Below are positions 39,523 to 49,784 of a stretch of 64,000 nucleotides of DNA, piece after piece. The notes below the pieces were generated by a model. That model did not search any database, was not told where the DNA came from, and worked only from the letters and a program-made list of their open reading frames with translations. The stretch covers positions 1 to 64,000 of IMG/VR virus record IMGVR_UViG_3300010883_025067. The stretch is one strand, 5' to 3'. Both the position numbers and the translations under genes were made by a program. This DNA is from a virus. How positions within the stretch are numbered: position 1 is the stretch's first letter; every line of letters begins with the position of its first letter.

Positions 39523-39750
39523 ATGAGATTGGGTCAAGAACACTATAGTTATTTACCGGGAACACTCGTTAAAAACGAGAGAGATGATGAATTAGGAGTA
39601 ATCATTTGTCAAGATGAGCCTCATAAACTTTACTGGCGAGTTCTAACAACAGACGGGATGAAGACATGGTCGCAGCACAATTTGCAGAGAGTCGAGAATG
39701 AAAGAGCCCAAGTTGTTAACAGAAAATGCGTGGCTAGAAGAGACGACTGA
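39523..39750 (+). CDS. Small SH3/KOW-like protein
   Basis: PGTLVK...LGVII. Confidence 0.5.
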   Translation: MRLGQEHYSYLPGTLVKNERDDELGVIICQDEPHKLYWRVLTTDGMKTWSQHNLQRVENERAQVVNRKCVARRDD

Positions 39751-39949
39751 TTCAGTTGTCATAATGATAGATAGAATATCTGTCGCATTTTTAATTGAGG
39801 AATTCATCGACTTCTGCAACGAGATGGATGAGATTCGATCGAAGTTAATGTCAGATCCTAGATTCATGGTAGCACATGCCACATCCGGTAACAAAAGCGT
39901 CGAGTATCTGACGAGAAATAATTCTACTGATGATGAGGATTACAACTAG
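39698..39949 (+). CDS. Hypothetical protein
   Basis: ORF in operon. Confidence 0.5.
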   Translation: MKEPKLLTENAWLEETTDSVVIMIDRISVAFLIEEFIDFCNEMDEIRSKLMSDPRFMVAHATSGNKSVEYLTRNNSTDDEDYN

Positions 39950-40012
39950 TCTTCATAGTGAAAATACACAGGCTAGAGAATATTTAATAATGTTTTGCAG
40001 GGGCACACCACA

Positions 40013-40477
40013 ATGAAAATCAGTAAAGGTCAACTACGAAGAATTATCAGAGAGGAGCTAGAGCGGCACCTTCTATCAGAACAATCGGTGATGTCCGCTG
40101 AGGAAATCAAAAAGAAGTATCCCCCAGGTGGACCAGACCATAAGGCAGCACAGATGGTTCGCTTGGCAGCGAAGTTTCCTGCTGGGGCGGATTCTCAATA
40201 TGTAGCATCAGTAGATTCCGGTTCCGAGGCATACAATCCGAAACACGTGCTCGATGCAGCTAAGAAGAAAGGTGTAACACCTGATTCAGCATTTGAAAGT
40301 CATCTCGACACTCTCGGAAAAAGCCTCTCAGCTGCTGTCAGAGGGATGTTTACAGGTCACCGCGACACAGGAACCATGTCCAAAGCATCTCTTATTAACT
40401 ATGTTCTCAAAAATCATGGAAAATTTTCCAACGATGAAGTTAAGAAAGTAACGATGGCCTGGGCAAAATCTAACTAG
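40013..40477 (+). CDS. Hypothetical protein with MKISKGQLRRIIREE...LLSE leader
   Basis: ATATTTA at 39980; recurrent motif. Confidence 0.7.
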   Translation: MKISKGQLRRIIREELERHLLSEQSVMSAEEIKKKYPPGGPDHKAAQMVRLAAKFPAGADSQYVASVDSGSEAYNPKHVLDAAKKKGVTPDSAFESHLDTLGKSLSAAVRGMFTGHRDTGTMSKASLINYVLKNHGKFSNDEVKKVTMAWAKSN

Positions 40478-40558
40478 CATTACCACAGCACTCTGTGATG
40501 TCTTAGTTTCGTGCAACATACCAGGGCTTGTGGTATTATCTTATAGGAGGTAATACCA

Positions 40559-41131
40559 GTGATTTTTAGGCTTTCCCTTATTTCTCTTCTTCTTGCATGC
40601 GCAGAACCGAGTCATGTGTCTCTTGTTTCGCAATCACGAACTAATGCAGGTCCGTATGTGGGATCTAGTCAGATTTTTACATCACCTGTTACGGGTGAGA
40701 CAATCGTATATTCTGATGCAACCACACAGGATGATTTTAAAAGGCTTAATGATCTAACAAGAAAGGCTGTGCCATTTATATCTAAGAGGGTATCTAGCCT
40801 TCAAGCCATTCCGTGCACAGATGGTCTGATTAATATTCACATCATTCCTGATAAAAAACTAAATGATAGAAGCATTATGACGTTTACAAAGGATGAACCT
40901 GCTGGAAAAGAATTTTACGGAATAACGACGTACGTTTTTCCTAATATTGCGTGGTCATTCATTTGTTCTGATTGTGACAAGCCGTCAGATGACATTCTTA
41001 TTCATGAGCTTACTCACTTCTACATGGCACAGTGTGGAATAGCACCGGAAAATCAAGATGAAAGTGACTGTCATGATATTGTTGAGGAATATAGGAAGTC
41101 CAAGACAGACACAAGACTAATCATAGAATAA
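40559..41131 (+). CDS. Putative lipoprotein with HExxH zinc-peptidase motif
   Basis: LLAC lipobox; IHELTH. Confidence 0.6.
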   Translation: MIFRLSLISLLLACAEPSHVSLVSQSRTNAGPYVGSSQIFTSPVTGETIVYSDATTQDDFKRLNDLTRKAVPFISKRVSSLQAIPCTDGLINIHIIPDKKLNDRSIMTFTKDEPAGKEFYGITTYVFPNIAWSFICSDCDKPSDDILIHELTHFYMAQCGIAPENQDESDCHDIVEEYRKSKTDTRLIIE

Positions 41132-41192
41132 TGAAGTTCACAACTATGCTTCGAGAGCATATAATTAATATTGCATGTTTGAGGTGTTTTAA

Positions 41193-41642
41193 GTGTCTAT
41201 CAACAACAGAGTAAAACAGGGAGCAAACTTTGTTCCAGCCTATGAGGTCTCGGGTGTTCCGTATGTGACTAGCTCGGCTGCGAATGAGGTCGTAACCAAG
41301 GCCATTCGGGTCAAGTTTCCATATGTGACACGATTCTTCGTCGTTCAGAACACGTCTGATAACTGGATAAGAGTAGGATTTACAGAGAACGGTGTTACGG
41401 GAACTCTTGGGGCTCACGAAACAAATAATTATCTTCTCGTATCGGGCAATCAGACAACACCCAGGCTTGAGCTTAGATGCAAAGAGCTGTGGTTTGCTGC
41501 TGATTCAGGGCTAGCACCAGCAAGCTTTAGTCTAATTGCAGGACTGACAGGCATAGAGAAAACACAGTTCCCAGTGCTAACAGGTGCACTTACAGGTTCA
41601 GATAATAACGTGATACTTCCCAAGTTTGAGGGCGTGGGATAA
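41193..41642 (+). CDS. Putative virion protein
   Basis: VPAYEVSGVPYVTSS, FPYVT; beta-rich; ATAATTA upstream. Confidence 0.55.
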   Translation: MSINNRVKQGANFVPAYEVSGVPYVTSSAANEVVTKAIRVKFPYVTRFFVVQNTSDNWIRVGFTENGVTGTLGAHETNNYLLVSGNQTTPRLELRCKELWFAADSGLAPASFSLIAGLTGIEKTQFPVLTGALTGSDNNVILPKFEGVG

Positions 41643-41681
41643 TCTTTGTAAAAATCTCATTGTAGTTGTAATATCACTTCA

Positions 41682-41903
41682 ATGCAACCAGGAAATCTTG
41701 TGAAGCTGAATGAAACAGCAATGCTGTCCATTGGTCTAGAGCCCAAAGAAAAATATGGGCTCATTGTTGATACTAACGAAAGAGTCTTTGCAGGCCATTA
41801 TAATTCGAAAGGAACAGATGACTTGGTTAAGCTGATGGTGGTAATGTCATCAGAATTTATTGGTGAGTTTTTTGAGGATGATCTTATTTTAGTAGGAGTG
41901 TGA
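41682..41903 (+). CDS. Small SH3/KOW-like protein
   Basis: PGNLVK...GLIV...DDL. Confidence 0.55.
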   Translation: MQPGNLVKLNETAMLSIGLEPKEKYGLIVDTNERVFAGHYNSKGTDDLVKLMVVMSSEFIGEFFEDDLILVGV

Positions 41904-41905
41904 TC

Positions 41906-42373
41906 ATGAGTGAAAGAAAGAAAGTGGCTGTTAGCGGTGGATTTGATCCTATTCATGTCGGACATGTGAGAATGATCTTAGAAGCTGCAGAATATGGAGA
42001 TGTAATTATTATTTTGAATAGTGATGAATGGTTGACAAGAAAGAAAGACTATGCTTTTATGCCGTGGCAAGAGAGAGCGGAAATTCTGCACTCAATTCGT
42101 GGTGTCATTGAAGTTGTCAAGGCATTAGATTATGATAATACAGTTTGTAAATCACTCACTGATTTAAAGAATGTTGTTAATCTGGACTACTTTGCAAATG
42201 GAGGAGACAGAGTAGACAAGAATACACCTGAGATGGATGTCTGTGAGAAGCTTGGAATAGAGATGTTATTCGGAATCGGAGGCGGAAAAATTCAGAGTAG
42301 CAGTTGGCTTGTAAAGGGTGTTAAAGATAAGGAGGGTGAAGATGAGAAATCCAATCACACAGCAGGGGTATAA
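41906..42373 (+). CDS. Cytidylyltransferase-like (TagD/RfaE-II family)
   Basis: SGGFDPIHVGH, NGGDR, QSSS. Confidence 0.85.
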   Translation: MSERKKVAVSGGFDPIHVGHVRMILEAAEYGDVIIILNSDEWLTRKKDYAFMPWQERAEILHSIRGVIEVVKALDYDNTVCKSLTDLKNVVNLDYFANGGDRVDKNTPEMDVCEKLGIEMLFGIGGGKIQSSSWLVKGVKDKEGEDEKSNHTAGV

Positions 42374-42815
42374 TGACCTTTTAGCTGAACTCAATCATCG
42401 CACATCGAAAGGTCGTCTCGAAATAGCTGATGAGATCGAAACAGCAAGAGGTCATGGCGACATCATTGAAAATGAGGAGTTTGACTATGCCAAGGATCGT
42501 CAGCAATCTAACGAATCACGCATTTCTTATCTTAAAAACTTTCTTTCTAGCGCTGAAATTATGACAAATTATAATCTAGCAAGGGACGGTCGGGTTGTCT
42601 TTGGTGTACGTGCAAAACTGCTTAACTGTGATAAAGACACACAGCATACATACAGAGTGGTGGGTGAAACCGAATCAGACATTCCGAATGGAAAACTAAG
42701 CTATAAGTCCCCTCTTGCCAGAGCAATTCTTGGCACCAGTGCAGGTGAAACAGTTGAATTTGAGACACCGAAAGGTGTCAGCTACTACGAAGTTCTAGAC
42801 GTGCTGTACGATTAA
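42342..42815 (+). CDS. greA: Transcription elongation factor GreA
   Basis: HGD..EN.E, SPLARA.LG; GGAGG RBS. Confidence 0.9.
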   Translation: MRNPITQQGYNDLLAELNHRTSKGRLEIADEIETARGHGDIIENEEFDYAKDRQQSNESRISYLKNFLSSAEIMTNYNLARDGRVVFGVRAKLLNCDKDTQHTYRVVGETESDIPNGKLSYKSPLARAILGTSAGETVEFETPKGVSYYEVLDVLYD

Positions 42816-42946
42816 TACAGCGCAGAGGCTCTCAGACAGCACCAGATATTACTAGACATCTTAGATGATATGATAATCAGGTATGTTTTTACTAGGCATC
42901 TCAAGCTGAGTATCAATTACGCATACATGACAAATAGGAAAGAGTT

Positions 42947-43132
42947 ATGCAACAGGAAGATCTACAGAAAGCACTCAGAATTAGAGAGTCTGTGATGCAA
43001 CAATATAAGTTACTTGATGGTGGTCAGTCTCCATCTACCGCTGTGCTAAGGCAGGAGGATATCGCAGCGTTTTGTGAGTCTCTTATGAGTCTCGTTGACG
43101 ATTTATTAGGGCCATACGTCAACTTTTCATAG
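42947..43132 (+). CDS. Hypothetical protein
   Basis: AGGA RBS. Confidence 0.5.
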   Translation: MQQEDLQKALRIRESVMQQYKLLDGGQSPSTAVLRQEDIAAFCESLMSLVDDLLGPYVNFS

Positions 43133-43171
43133 CATTCTCAGCTGTAATGTATTTGCCTCATATGTATTTAC

Positions 43172-44116
43172 ATGGCAGATATGAATCTGAGCATCGTAGA
43201 AAGATTTAAACGATTAGAGATATATGCTGTTAGTGCAATCAAGCTCTTGATTGCTTTTGTGATTGTGTCAATTTTTACAGGTTGTACACAAGACTTTGCC
43301 ATCACAGATCAGTCAGAAACAAGAGTTGTCATTGATTCGTTTATGCAGGCGAATCAAGTTGAGAAGATCGATGTCTTAGTTGCTCTTGATACATCGTGCT
43401 CTATGATCGATAATTTTGCAAATGTTTCAAGCGGAATGGAGTTACTAAGAGCTGATATTGAAAGCTTGACTATAGATTATAAATTCGGATACATCACAGC
43501 CGATTCAACTCGGCTGGGGTTTGTTGGACCGTATGACTATAGTTCAAGTTCGATAGATATGATGCTAGCACCGGGATTGTTGCCACAGACAATGAATGAG
43601 GAAGGGTTTGCAGCGACATATACATTTTTATCCACAGAATCTGGTGACGAGTTTTCAAGATCTGATGCTGATTTTTTACTGTTCTTAGTCTCCGATGAGG
43701 ATGAGCAGAGTAGCATAACTGCACAGATGTTTCATGATTGGTTGCAAGCACTATTTGTTGATGTGAAGCATGATATTATATCGATCACTACGTTGCATGA
43801 GAGCGAAAGTGTGTGTAGTCTCACATGGGATTATGGCTGGAAATATGAGGAGCTTGCAGGTCTGTATAACAAGAGTGCATTGGATATCTGTGATGAGGAC
43901 TGGTCACTGTGGTTGTCTGAGTCATCCTTTATCACAAGTCGAGAGAATAGCATAGAGCTAACTGAGAGTGATCCAATTGTTCAGTCAATTGTTGTTTATA
44001 TTGAAAGAGTTCCGACATGGGATTGGGAGTATATTAAAGAGACCAACACAGTTCAGCTAGGTTTTACACCTGACTATGGAGAGCTTGTTGAGGTCGGATA
44101 TAAGGTTGAGATCTAA
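43172..44116 (+). CDS. vWA-domain putative lipoprotein
   Basis: FTGC; DVLVALDTSCSM; VSDEDEQS. Confidence 0.7.
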   Translation: MADMNLSIVERFKRLEIYAVSAIKLLIAFVIVSIFTGCTQDFAITDQSETRVVIDSFMQANQVEKIDVLVALDTSCSMIDNFANVSSGMELLRADIESLTIDYKFGYITADSTRLGFVGPYDYSSSSIDMMLAPGLLPQTMNEEGFAATYTFLSTESGDEFSRSDADFLLFLVSDEDEQSSITAQMFHDWLQALFVDVKHDIISITTLHESESVCSLTWDYGWKYEELAGLYNKSALDICDEDWSLWLSESSFITSRENSIELTESDPIVQSIVVYIERVPTWDWEYIKETNTVQLGFTPDYGELVEVGYKVEI

Positions 44117-44294
44117 GATGGGATTTTTGCACCATCTTGTATTTTCGTATTTTCTCCTCGGAATAAACATTGTTGTAATGATTTTTTCACTCTCACTTGG
44201 TGAGAACGATGCTGTAATATTTAGTGCTGTTGCTAGCTGCTCGAGCCTAATAATGATTGATCTACTGAGTAGCATGCGAAAGTAGACTCATAAC

Positions 44295-44323
44295 GTGTAA
44301 ATCTCTTGTAGTTGAGTTACAAT
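44295..44323 (+). promoter_or_regulatory. Promoter GTGTAA-N17-TACAAT upstream of tRNA-Leu
   Basis: Member of recurrent motif. Confidence 0.65.
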
Positions 44324-44332
44324 TAAGATTGA

Positions 44333-44417
44333 ACCGGAGTGGTGGAATTGGTATACACAAGAGACTTAAAATCTCTCGCCTTCGGGCTTACGGGTTCGAA
44401 TCCCGTCTCCGGTACCA
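44333..44417 (+). tRNA. tRNA-Leu(TAA)
   Basis: Cloverleaf with long variable arm, TTCGAAT, CCA. Confidence 0.93.
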
Positions 44418-44739
44418 TTTGGAGAAAAGAATGAGTGAAAGAAGGTGAATACTGGACTCCTCCCGATCGGGAGCATGTAGCCTATTGGCAAATGGATGAC
44501 TTCAGGAGATTAAAATGAGCGGCGGACACTTTGAATACAAAGACTGTGTGGGACAAAAAGATGAATGGTAGCAAGGTAGATTCATATGAGCTTTAGTGAA
44601 GATAAACTACAGATCGATTATCGTCATGCATGTGATACACTAGTGAGATTACGTCAAAGAGTTGGTATGTTGCGAACAATGATTGAATTATGTGAGAGCA
44701 GGATGCAGCAGCTTGAGACCGGAACCGAAGAATGTGATA

Positions 44740-46344
44740 ATGATGAAAATTGAAGACTTCTTTCCATATCCGGAGATCAGAGATGCACAACGTACAGCGA
44801 TCGATTTTTGTATTCAAAGCTTAGTAGATAAGAGATACGTGATCATCGAGGCAGGAACAGGTGTTGGAAAATCTGCTATCGGTCTGACATCCTCTAGAAT
44901 GCTCTGCAAGAATGCTGAGAAGTATGTGGACTTTGGTGAAGGTGCATACTTTTTGACCACACAAAAGATCTTGCAAGATCAATATATTAGTGATTTCGGC
45001 AAGGACCATATGAGATCGATTAAGTCCTCATCAAATTATCAGTGTAGCTATTATAAGAGAAATACATGTCAAGAGTCACAGAGATTGTTGAGAAATGAAG
45101 AAAAAGGTTCTAGATTTTTTAAGGCATGTACATTCAGCTGTAAATATAAAAATGCGAAACAGCAATTTCTCGAATCGCCAGAGTCTGTTACAAACTTTCC
45201 ATATTTTCTAACTGAAGCAACATTTTCAGGAAAAATTACACCGAGAGATGTGCTGATCATTGATGAGGCTCATAATATTGAGGCTGAGCTTAGCAATTTT
45301 ATTGAGATCACAATTTCTGAAAGGTTTGTGAAATACGCACTAAAGATGCGGTGGCCAGATAAGTCAACACAGCTCCAGGCTGTTAAGTGGATTAGAGAAG
45401 CTTACTTTAATAAGATTAAATCACAGCTGTCACACATGGAGACGACACTTAAGAATACAGGGTTAAAGGATAGATTGTCAGACTTTAAGGCACTTGCAAA
45501 ACAGTATGACATGCTCAAGTCACATGTTGGAAAGATTGAGACATTTCTCAATGTCTACAATAAGGAAAATTGGGTCATGGACCTTGTGCCTGCTAGAGGT
45601 AGAGCGATGAGAAAGTTTACATTTAAGCCTATTGATGTATCTCCGTTTGCGCAAGGCTACCTGTTTCGCATGGGAAGAAAGGTGATCATGATGTCAGCCA
45701 CAATTCTTGATCATGAAACTTTCTGTCGCTCGTTAGGAATTGACAGAAGTGATGTAGCATTTATTTCTATTCCATCACCGTTTCCTGTTCAGAATAGGCC
45801 CATCTTTATCTGTCCAGTTGGCAGCATGAATGCAAGTAATATAGACCAGACACTGCCAAAAATGGCTGATGCTGTTAAGGAAATTCTTAAGGAGCACAAG
45901 GGTCAGAAGGGAATTATTCACTGTCATACTTACAAAATTGCAAATTACCTTGCAAACAATATACGATCAAAGCGCTTGCTAATCCACGATGGAAACAGTA
46001 GAGATGAGATTCTTCGCAAGCACATCGCTTCAAAAGATGACACAGTTTTGCTCTCACCTTCAATGTCTGAGGGTGTTGATCTCAGAAATGACTTATCAAG
46101 ATTTCAAATAGTAATGAAGATTCCTTATCCCTATCTTGGTGATCCACTAATAAAAAAGAGGATGAATAAGTGGGATGGATGGTATTCGATGCAGACTGCA
46201 AAGAGAATTGTGCAATCAGTGGGTAGAAGTGTTCGATCGATGGACGACCAAGCTGTGACATATATCCTTGATGCTGATTGGAGTAAGTTCTTTTATAGGA
46301 ATAGAAAGATGTTTTCTGATGACTTCAAGAGCTGTCTGGCTTGA
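44740..46344 (+). CDS. DinG/Rad3-family helicase
   Basis: AGTGVGKS, Fe-S Cys residues, DEAH, SAT, EGVD, Q.VGRSVR. Confidence 0.9.
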   Translation: MMKIEDFFPYPEIRDAQRTAIDFCIQSLVDKRYVIIEAGTGVGKSAIGLTSSRMLCKNAEKYVDFGEGAYFLTTQKILQDQYISDFGKDHMRSIKSSSNYQCSYYKRNTCQESQRLLRNEEKGSRFFKACTFSCKYKNAKQQFLESPESVTNFPYFLTEATFSGKITPRDVLIIDEAHNIEAELSNFIEITISERFVKYALKMRWPDKSTQLQAVKWIREAYFNKIKSQLSHMETTLKNTGLKDRLSDFKALAKQYDMLKSHVGKIETFLNVYNKENWVMDLVPARGRAMRKFTFKPIDVSPFAQGYLFRMGRKVIMMSATILDHETFCRSLGIDRSDVAFISIPSPFPVQNRPIFICPVGSMNASNIDQTLPKMADAVKEILKEHKGQKGIIHCHTYKIANYLANNIRSKRLLIHDGNSRDEILRKHIASKDDTVLLSPSMSEGVDLRNDLSRFQIVMKIPYPYLGDPLIKKRMNKWDGWYSMQTAKRIVQSVGRSVRSMDDQAVTYILDADWSKFFYRNRKMFSDDFKSCLA

Positions 46345-46347
46345 AAC

Positions 46348-46983
46348 ATGAAAGATAAGAAGCCCAAAAAGATTAATCAGCTTTTTCGAACACCCATCAA
46401 GATCACGCTAGCATGTAGCGGTGGGCCTGACTCTATGGCCATACTCGACTTTCTTAGACTGGGAAGAAAGAAAGTTCAAGTTGCACACTTTAATCATTGT
46501 ACTGATCACGCCGACGAAGCCGAAGAGGTTGTTAGAGTTTATTGTAAACGATATGATATTCCAATTGTTAGAGACACAATTAAGCGAGAAAAACTTGCAG
46601 GTGAATCATATGAGCAGTATTGGAGAGAGGAAAGACTTCAATTTTTGCATGATGTTGAGGGCACTGTTTTAACAGCACATAATCTCGATGACGTCGCAGA
46701 ATGGTGGCTTTTTACATCCATGAGAGGCAATCCAAGAATTATGCCCTATAAAAATAAGAATATCTGTCGACCCTTTCTGTTAACAGAAAAAGAGGCATTG
46801 TGTGACTGGGCAGACAATAGAAATATTCCATATGTTTGTGATCCGTCAAATCAAAACTTTCGATTTGCGAGAAGTAGAATTAGACACAGTGTCATGCGAG
46901 ATGTCCTGGAGATCAATCCAGGGTTTAAAAAGGTTATCAGTAAGAAAATTAAGCAGTCTTATAGTGAGAGAGAAAAATGCTAA
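46348..46983 (+). CDS. tilS: tRNA(Ile)-lysidine synthase, catalytic domain only
   Basis: SGGPDS, TAHNLDD, RPFL, DPSN..RSRIR. Confidence 0.85.
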   Translation: MKDKKPKKINQLFRTPIKITLACSGGPDSMAILDFLRLGRKKVQVAHFNHCTDHADEAEEVVRVYCKRYDIPIVRDTIKREKLAGESYEQYWREERLQFLHDVEGTVLTAHNLDDVAEWWLFTSMRGNPRIMPYKNKNICRPFLLTEKEALCDWADNRNIPYVCDPSNQNFRFARSRIRHSVMRDVLEINPGFKKVISKKIKQSYSEREKC

Positions 46984-47009
46984 TTAGTCCAGCTCGAAGC
47001 TCAGATAAA

Positions 47010-48032
47010 ATGACATCGGTTCTCTGCTTTGATGACGTACTTCTAGTTCCAAGATATTCTGAAGTTGAAAGTCGAAAGGATATTAGTCTGGATATTGATC
47101 TTGGTCCGGGAGGTTCGTTATCACTACCTATAGTATCGTCTCCCATGGATACTGTGACTGAGTCGGCTATGACGATCGCGATGCACCGATCCGGCGGGCT
47201 GGGAATAATTCACAGGTATAACACCATCGAAGAGCAGGCTAGTCTCGTTAAAGAAGTACGTGCAAGCGGGATGTGTAATATTGGTGCAGCAATTGGTGTG
47301 ACAGGAGATTTTATTAATCGTGCCCGTGCTCTCTACGATGCCGGTGCCAGAGTAATCTGCGTCGATATTGCTCACGGACATCACGCAATGATGAGACATG
47401 CTCTTCAGGTTCTTCGGAATACTTTCGGTACAGATATCCACATCATGGCAGGCAATGTCGCAACACGTGAGGCATTTGACTCTTTGTCGGACTGGGGTGC
47501 AGACTCAGTTAGAGTGGGTATTGGTGGGGGATCGATTTGCTCAACTCGCATTCAAACTGGACACGGTGTTCCGACATTGCAGTCGATTCTAGATGTTGCT
47601 GAGTCTAAGCATGCGGGCCAGGTTAAGATTATTGCTGATGGTGGGATTCGAAATAGCGGAGACATCGTCAAAGCCCTTGCAGCGGGTGCAGACATTGTGA
47701 TGCTTGGATCGCTGCTGGCTGGGTCAGATGAGACACCAGGAGAGGAGATCTTCCTTCGTGGAGGAAAATTTAAGGAATATCGAGGAATGGCGTCAGTTGA
47801 AGCACAGATTCAGTGGAGAGGCCATGTCTCTTCAAGAGAGGGTGTGTCCACAACTATAGCATGCAAGGGATCTGCATCAGATGTCGTTGCAAATCTCGAG
47901 CTGGGAATTCGATCAGGCTTATCGTATTCGGGAGCAACAAGTGTTAGTGAGTTGCAACGCTGCGCAAGTTTTATTAGGCAGACATTGTCAGGTGCTGTTG
48001 AAAGCTCCACACACATTAACAAGATAATATAA
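47010..48032 (+). CDS. IMPDH/GMP reductase family enzyme (no CBS domain)
   Basis: FDDVLLVP, PMDTVTE, GIGGGSICSTR, ADGG, YRGMAS. Confidence 0.9.
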   Translation: MTSVLCFDDVLLVPRYSEVESRKDISLDIDLGPGGSLSLPIVSSPMDTVTESAMTIAMHRSGGLGIIHRYNTIEEQASLVKEVRASGMCNIGAAIGVTGDFINRARALYDAGARVICVDIAHGHHAMMRHALQVLRNTFGTDIHIMAGNVATREAFDSLSDWGADSVRVGIGGGSICSTRIQTGHGVPTLQSILDVAESKHAGQVKIIADGGIRNSGDIVKALAAGADIVMLGSLLAGSDETPGEEIFLRGGKFKEYRGMASVEAQIQWRGHVSSREGVSTTIACKGSASDVVANLELGIRSGLSYSGATSVSELQRCASFIRQTLSGAVESSTHINKII

Positions 48033-48983
48033 GTGCATCTAGCAAATAAGAATTGGTGGAATAGAGTTAATAAAGAATTTAGATCTTTCTTTTCTGGCTG
48101 TAGGATACTTGAAGTCGGAAGCTACAGTGAAAATGGAAGTATAAGAGACTTTATTGATGATGATTATGCTGAGTATATTGGAGTCGATTGGAGACCAGGC
48201 CCATGTGTTGATGTGATTTCGCTGGCACATAAGATGCTTTCTGAATCTGAGAAAGATGAAAAGTTTGATGCTGTCATATCATCGTCAATGCTTGAGCACG
48301 ATCCACACTGGAGAGAAAGCATTTTAAGAATGTGTGAGCTTCTAGCAGATAATGGAGTTCTAATTCTCACCTGGGGAAATATTCATAATTTACTCCATGA
48401 GCTTGATACAGCACCGGATGGAAAGTTTCATCCATTATCAACACAAAATGTCAGAGGCTTACTTCAAGAGCTTAATATGCACATTCACATTTCTGCTTAC
48501 CCTAGTGAGCTGGGATTCACTGAGGGAGTATTGCTTGGATATGCTCCAGGCTTACTAGAGATATATGAATTCTCTGAGTTCGAAATAACGTTAATGGAAT
48601 ACTATTTCCGACAGGATAATCGATATATAACACTGGTAGAATACTTCACAAATAAAGAAATACAGATGACTGAGATTTGTATAGCATGGAAGCAATTCCA
48701 CAATGAGCTGATAGATTCAATGAAGAGAGATATAGATTTTCATCTAGTCCCGGAGTCCTGGCACCGGGCGTCTATGCTCTACCACTCTGTAAGTCCTCGA
48801 AACAGTCATACACACATAATTGAGATATTGACAGATTATGTTGATAATCATTGTGAATTCCCACAGGCTGAATCGATCATAGTTGCTTTTAAAAATAAAA
48901 GCCATGTACCTGCAGATAGCAGGCAATTGATTGGAAAGACTAATGAAACTATTCGTGCAGTTCGTAACACACTTTATGAATAA
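48033..48983 (+). CDS. SAM-dependent methyltransferase
   Basis: ILEVGS, GVD, FDAVIS..MLEHD. Confidence 0.7.
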   Translation: MHLANKNWWNRVNKEFRSFFSGCRILEVGSYSENGSIRDFIDDDYAEYIGVDWRPGPCVDVISLAHKMLSESEKDEKFDAVISSSMLEHDPHWRESILRMCELLADNGVLILTWGNIHNLLHELDTAPDGKFHPLSTQNVRGLLQELNMHIHISAYPSELGFTEGVLLGYAPGLLEIYEFSEFEITLMEYYFRQDNRYITLVEYFTNKEIQMTEICIAWKQFHNELIDSMKRDIDFHLVPESWHRASMLYHSVSPRNSHTHIIEILTDYVDNHCEFPQAESIIVAFKNKSHVPADSRQLIGKTNETIRAVRNTLYE

Positions 48984-49049
48984 TCTTATTAGTCAGGTGC
49001 TGCAAACGGCATGTAAATTTTTATCTTTTAGTTTAATATTAAATCCTAC

Positions 49050-49126
49050 GGGGGGTTAGCTCAATCGGTCAGAGCAAGGGTCTCATAAGCCCTGGGTTCT
49101 GGGTTCAAGTCCCAGGCTCCCTACCA
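49050..49126 (+). tRNA. tRNA with CAT anticodon (Ile2 more likely than elongator Met)
   Basis: Cloverleaf, CTCATAA loop, CCA; lacks initiator features; tilS nearby. Confidence 0.85.
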
Positions 49127-49146
49127 CTCACAAAGAGATGCTTTAA

Positions 49147-49222
49147 TGGGGTGTAGTTCAATTGGCAGAACGTCTGGCTGTTAACCAGGAAGTTGGTGGT
49201 TCGAGTCCACCTGCCCCAGCCA
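49147..49222 (+). tRNA. tRNA-Asn(GTT)
   Basis: Cloverleaf, G73, CCA. Confidence 0.92.
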
Positions 49223-49273
49223 TTTATAGCAAATTTTCCATACAAAAGGTCTGTCAAAGAGCTAAGTAGCTAT

Positions 49274-49492
49274 ATGAGCAATCTAATCGGTGTCAAAAAA
49301 GCAATCACACTTCTTAAAAAAGAAGTAATAGAGAAGTTAGAATTAAAGTGCACTGTAAAAGAATCATTCAGTGCTGGTGGACCTGTGATCGAAGTACATA
49401 CTGTTTCATCACAGTCTCTTGAAGTAAGAAAGAGTCTACCCTTGATTTTCAAAGGTTATCAGCTCATTGTGATTAAAAGTGATGAAAAGTAA
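49274..49492 (+). CDS. Hypothetical protein
   Basis: ATG after tRNA; track ORF trimmed. Confidence 0.45.
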   Translation: MSNLIGVKKAITLLKKEVIEKLELKCTVKESFSAGGPVIEVHTVSSQSLEVRKSLPLIFKGYQLIVIKSDEK

Positions 49493-49781
49493 GTACAGTC
49501 TTGGTGATCTGGTATTCATTTACGAAAATATCCAATTTCTTCACGGGTTTGATCCGGTCAAACAGGAGGGCTGCGATTCTCTTAGCATGTCAGTGGGCAT
49601 TGTTATAAACTCCCATCAGATGTCTATGTATGATCCGATGTCAAATGGGAGATCAACAACAACATTTCAGCATAGCGTCATGATTAACGATAAGAAGCAT
49701 AGTTTTTTTGAGGAAGAGTTAAATATTATGCAAAGATTGAATAAAGATGAACTTGATGCTTATAATACATGTAAGGAATAA
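49479..49781 (+). CDS. Small SH3/KOW-like protein
   Basis: YSLGDLV...GIVI...EEEL. Confidence 0.55.
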   Translation: MMKSKYSLGDLVFIYENIQFLHGFDPVKQEGCDSLSMSVGIVINSHQMSMYDPMSNGRSTTTFQHSVMINDKKHSFFEEELNIMQRLNKDELDAYNTCKE

Positions 49782-49784
49782 ATT

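Noticed and set aside
42849-42901. Imperfect 13-bp direct repeat TTACTAG(A/G)CATCT, 40 bp apart
   Set aside because: Only two copies; could be chance
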